From Azolla caroliniana (taxonomy: Eukaryota > Plantae > Polypodiophyta): a DNA stretch of 64,000 bases. Both the position numbers and the translations under genes were made by a program. Of this stretch, positions 61,573 through 64,000 are shown piece by piece; position 1 is the stretch's first letter, and each line of letters starts with the position of its first letter. Location of the stretch: the NCBI GenBank assembly GCA_043228905.1, contig JBHGNT010000009.1, forward strand, positions 17,608,001 to 17,672,000, given 5' to 3'. The notes beneath the pieces were generated by a model. It had not been told where the DNA came from. It did not search any database and saw nothing but the letters and a program-made list of their open reading frames with translations.

Positions 61573-64000
61573 ACATGTACAGTAGGTAGGAAGTTTTGGT
61601 TCTCCTAAAACGGAGGTTGTACTATAGCCGGCATCAACGGCCGGGAGAGGAAGCGAGCGGAGGAGCGGCTCAGGGGATGCAGAGTCCTCTCCCCCGACGA
61701 AGAAATCAGCGGCGCCGTGAAGGCCGTCTCTTTTGACGACACCTTGGGCGAGTTGCGAAAGGTGATCGGTGAAGACCTTAGAGAAAACCAGACCATTCCG
61801 GTTAGTTCGATGGGAATGTACGAAGTCATCGCGGACTTCGGGGAAAGGATCGGGTCAGATTGGACGGCCCACGTGGATACAAAGTACAAGACTATGGACC
61901 GGAAGGTGAGGCCAGTTACGGCACTCTTGCTGGAGGGCAGCGAGGAGCAGATAAAAGGGGTCGCGTCGGACCCAAGTTTACGGAATCCGGCTGGCATAGA
62001 GCACCGGTTCACCGACATAACGCTACGGGAGCTCAAGGTCGGTGCAGGTGGCTTTCTACTGCCAGCGGAGGAGGACAGGATTCGGAGAATGCTCAGAAGG
62101 CATGGGAAAGCATTCGCGTTCTCGCCGCGGGAGGTCGGGTGCGTGGACCCGACGATCGTCGAACCGATGGTGATCTTCACGGTAACGCATGTACCGTGGA
62201 ATCTCAAACCGATTCCGGTGCCGAGAGCTCACATCCCGAAGTTGATGGAGCTTCTGAAGCAAAGTGTGGAGATGGGCATCCTCGAACCATCGAGCGCCCC
62301 GTATTCGAATCGGTGATTTACGGTGCCGAAGAAGAACGGCACGCTGCGCTTCATTCAGGACCTGCAACCGGTCAACAAGGTGACCATCCGTAATGCAGGA
62401 ATCGGACCGACCATAGACGAGTTCGCGGAGGCCTTCGCTGGAAGGTCGATCTATTCGGTCGGTGACTTATACTCGGGGTACGACCAGTTCCAGCTAGCCG
62501 TGGAGAGCTGCGATATCACAACGATACGAACCCCTCTCGGCCTACCAAAAGGCAGGACGAATTCGGTGGTGCATATGGTGAATGCAATAAACAAGGTGCT
62601 GAGGGAATGCATCCCGGACATCACCATGCCATTCTTGGACGACATCCCGATAAAGGGGTGTCCCGTGGATGATGCGGACGAAATTGTTGGGCCGGACGGA
62701 TGCCGGAGGTTCGTCGTGAACCACATCGACGACTGCGAGAAGGTGTTGCAAAGGCTCGAAAACGCACGACTCACCTTCTCCGGAGAAAAATCGGCGTTCG
62801 GGCAGTTGGAGATCTTGGTGGTTAGACACCTGTGCAGGCCTTACGATAGGAAACTGTCTGCGGCAAAGGTAGAGGCCATCTCCGCGATGAGGAACGATTG
62901 CAGGTCAGTCACGGAGGTTCGCAGATTCTTGGGAGCATGCGCGTTCTACCACATTTGGATCCCGCACTACGCGCATGTCGCGGAACCCCTCTACGGACTA
63001 TTGGAAAAAGGGTGTAGCTTTGAGTGGAGGACGGAGCACACGGAGTCGGTCCGACGACTAAAGGAGGCCCGTACGATAGCACCAGCTCTCCGTAAAGTGG
63101 TTTATGGAAAGGGGGTCCCCATCTACGTAACGGTGGACATGAGCTCGACCGGGATCGGGTGGGTGATCAACCAGGAGGACGAGGACGACGCACAGTTCCC
63201 GATCTGGTTCGGGGCGAAGGTATTGAGCAAGCGACAACACGGATATGCCCAAGTCAAGTGCGAACTATGGGGTATTGTTTCAGTAGTCAAGGCCGACCGG
63301 GACTACCTCATCGGGATGGAGGTAACAATCGAGACGGACTACCTGCCGATACTCGGCATGGTTTCCGGATGCGCGACGCCGGATCTCACAATGCTCCGAT
63401 GGATAGCGTACATTAAGTCCCTGAACCCGGAGATACGGCACATCTCCGAAAAGGATAACGCCATGGTCGACATCCTTTCGAGAGCAAGGTTCAACGACGA
63501 AGACGGCATGGTTTTGGATGACGAAGAAGTCGGTGAGGACTTCTTCGGGTCGGCTAATGTGACGACGAGGAAATGGGACACTCCGGCGCATAACGAATTT
63601 GACAAAAGCAGGTACGACAGGGAGTTGCTCCAAATCGCGAGGTTCCTACGGGCGATGACACCGGACGCAGCGTGGACGAGAGAAGAGGCGAGCCGAGTAC
63701 GAAAGAAGGCGTACCGATTCTTCCTACGGGACAGGTGCATATGGAGGCACCCAAAGAAAAGAAACGGCATCCCGCTCTGAGTAGTGGCAAAGAAAGAAGA
63801 ACAGGAGGAACTACTAATAGCATTTCACGAGAGTCCCTGGGCCGGGCACCACGGAACATGGGCCATGTTCGAGAAGCTGAAGGAGAAGTACTGGTGGCCG
63901 GGGCTATACTAGGACGTGCATCGGTTCGTTAAGACTTGCGAAAGCTGTCAGATGCACTCCGTAGTCCATCATCGGGACGAGCTACACCCGACTTACCCGC

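Larger units (their letters stand above)
59349..64000 (+). mobile_element. tRNA-Trp-primed Gypsy element (LTR stub, PBS, gag-PR, pol); runs off the window
   Basis: LTR end CGCGACA at 59366; gag CMSCDAIGHIRKDC; PR LVDHGSEIN; RT DLYSGYDQF/PFLDDI; RH; start of integrase HHCC. Confidence 0.93.

Overview
This window is land-plant nuclear heterochromatin, probably from a non-seed plant such as a fern (inferred from the TE families). It contains no intact host gene. The ground layer is a degenerate ~515-bp tandem satellite whose unit holds two tRNA-Gly-derived sequences on the - strand, one with anticodon GCC and one with CCC. It survives at 3328-5320, 13245-13339, 17726-19818 and 55309-58345. Deeply nested TEs interrupt it: five Copia elements or remnants, a Tat-like Gypsy with an extra RNase H, an RTEX-like LINE, and an L1 LINE split by three later insertions. 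There is also an Athila/Tat-like Gypsy with an extra ORF, and two copies plus a solo LTR of a tRNA-Trp-primed Gypsy lineage with a -1 frameshift signal. The most notable object is a ~10.7-kb (net) Sola2-like DNA transposon at 27393-48545, with 25-bp TIRs and a 4-bp TSD. It carries two convergent spliced genes: the transposase, and an accessory gene with a degenerate RING-H2 finger and an FCP1/SCP-like (NIF/HAD) phosphatase-like domain. Each gene has an in-frame intron filled with arrays of the palindrome TAGCTAATTAGCTA, which also sits just inside both TIRs. This layout resembles the VANDAL/VANC anti-silencing architecture. Family assignments rest on motif recognition by eye, not database searches.
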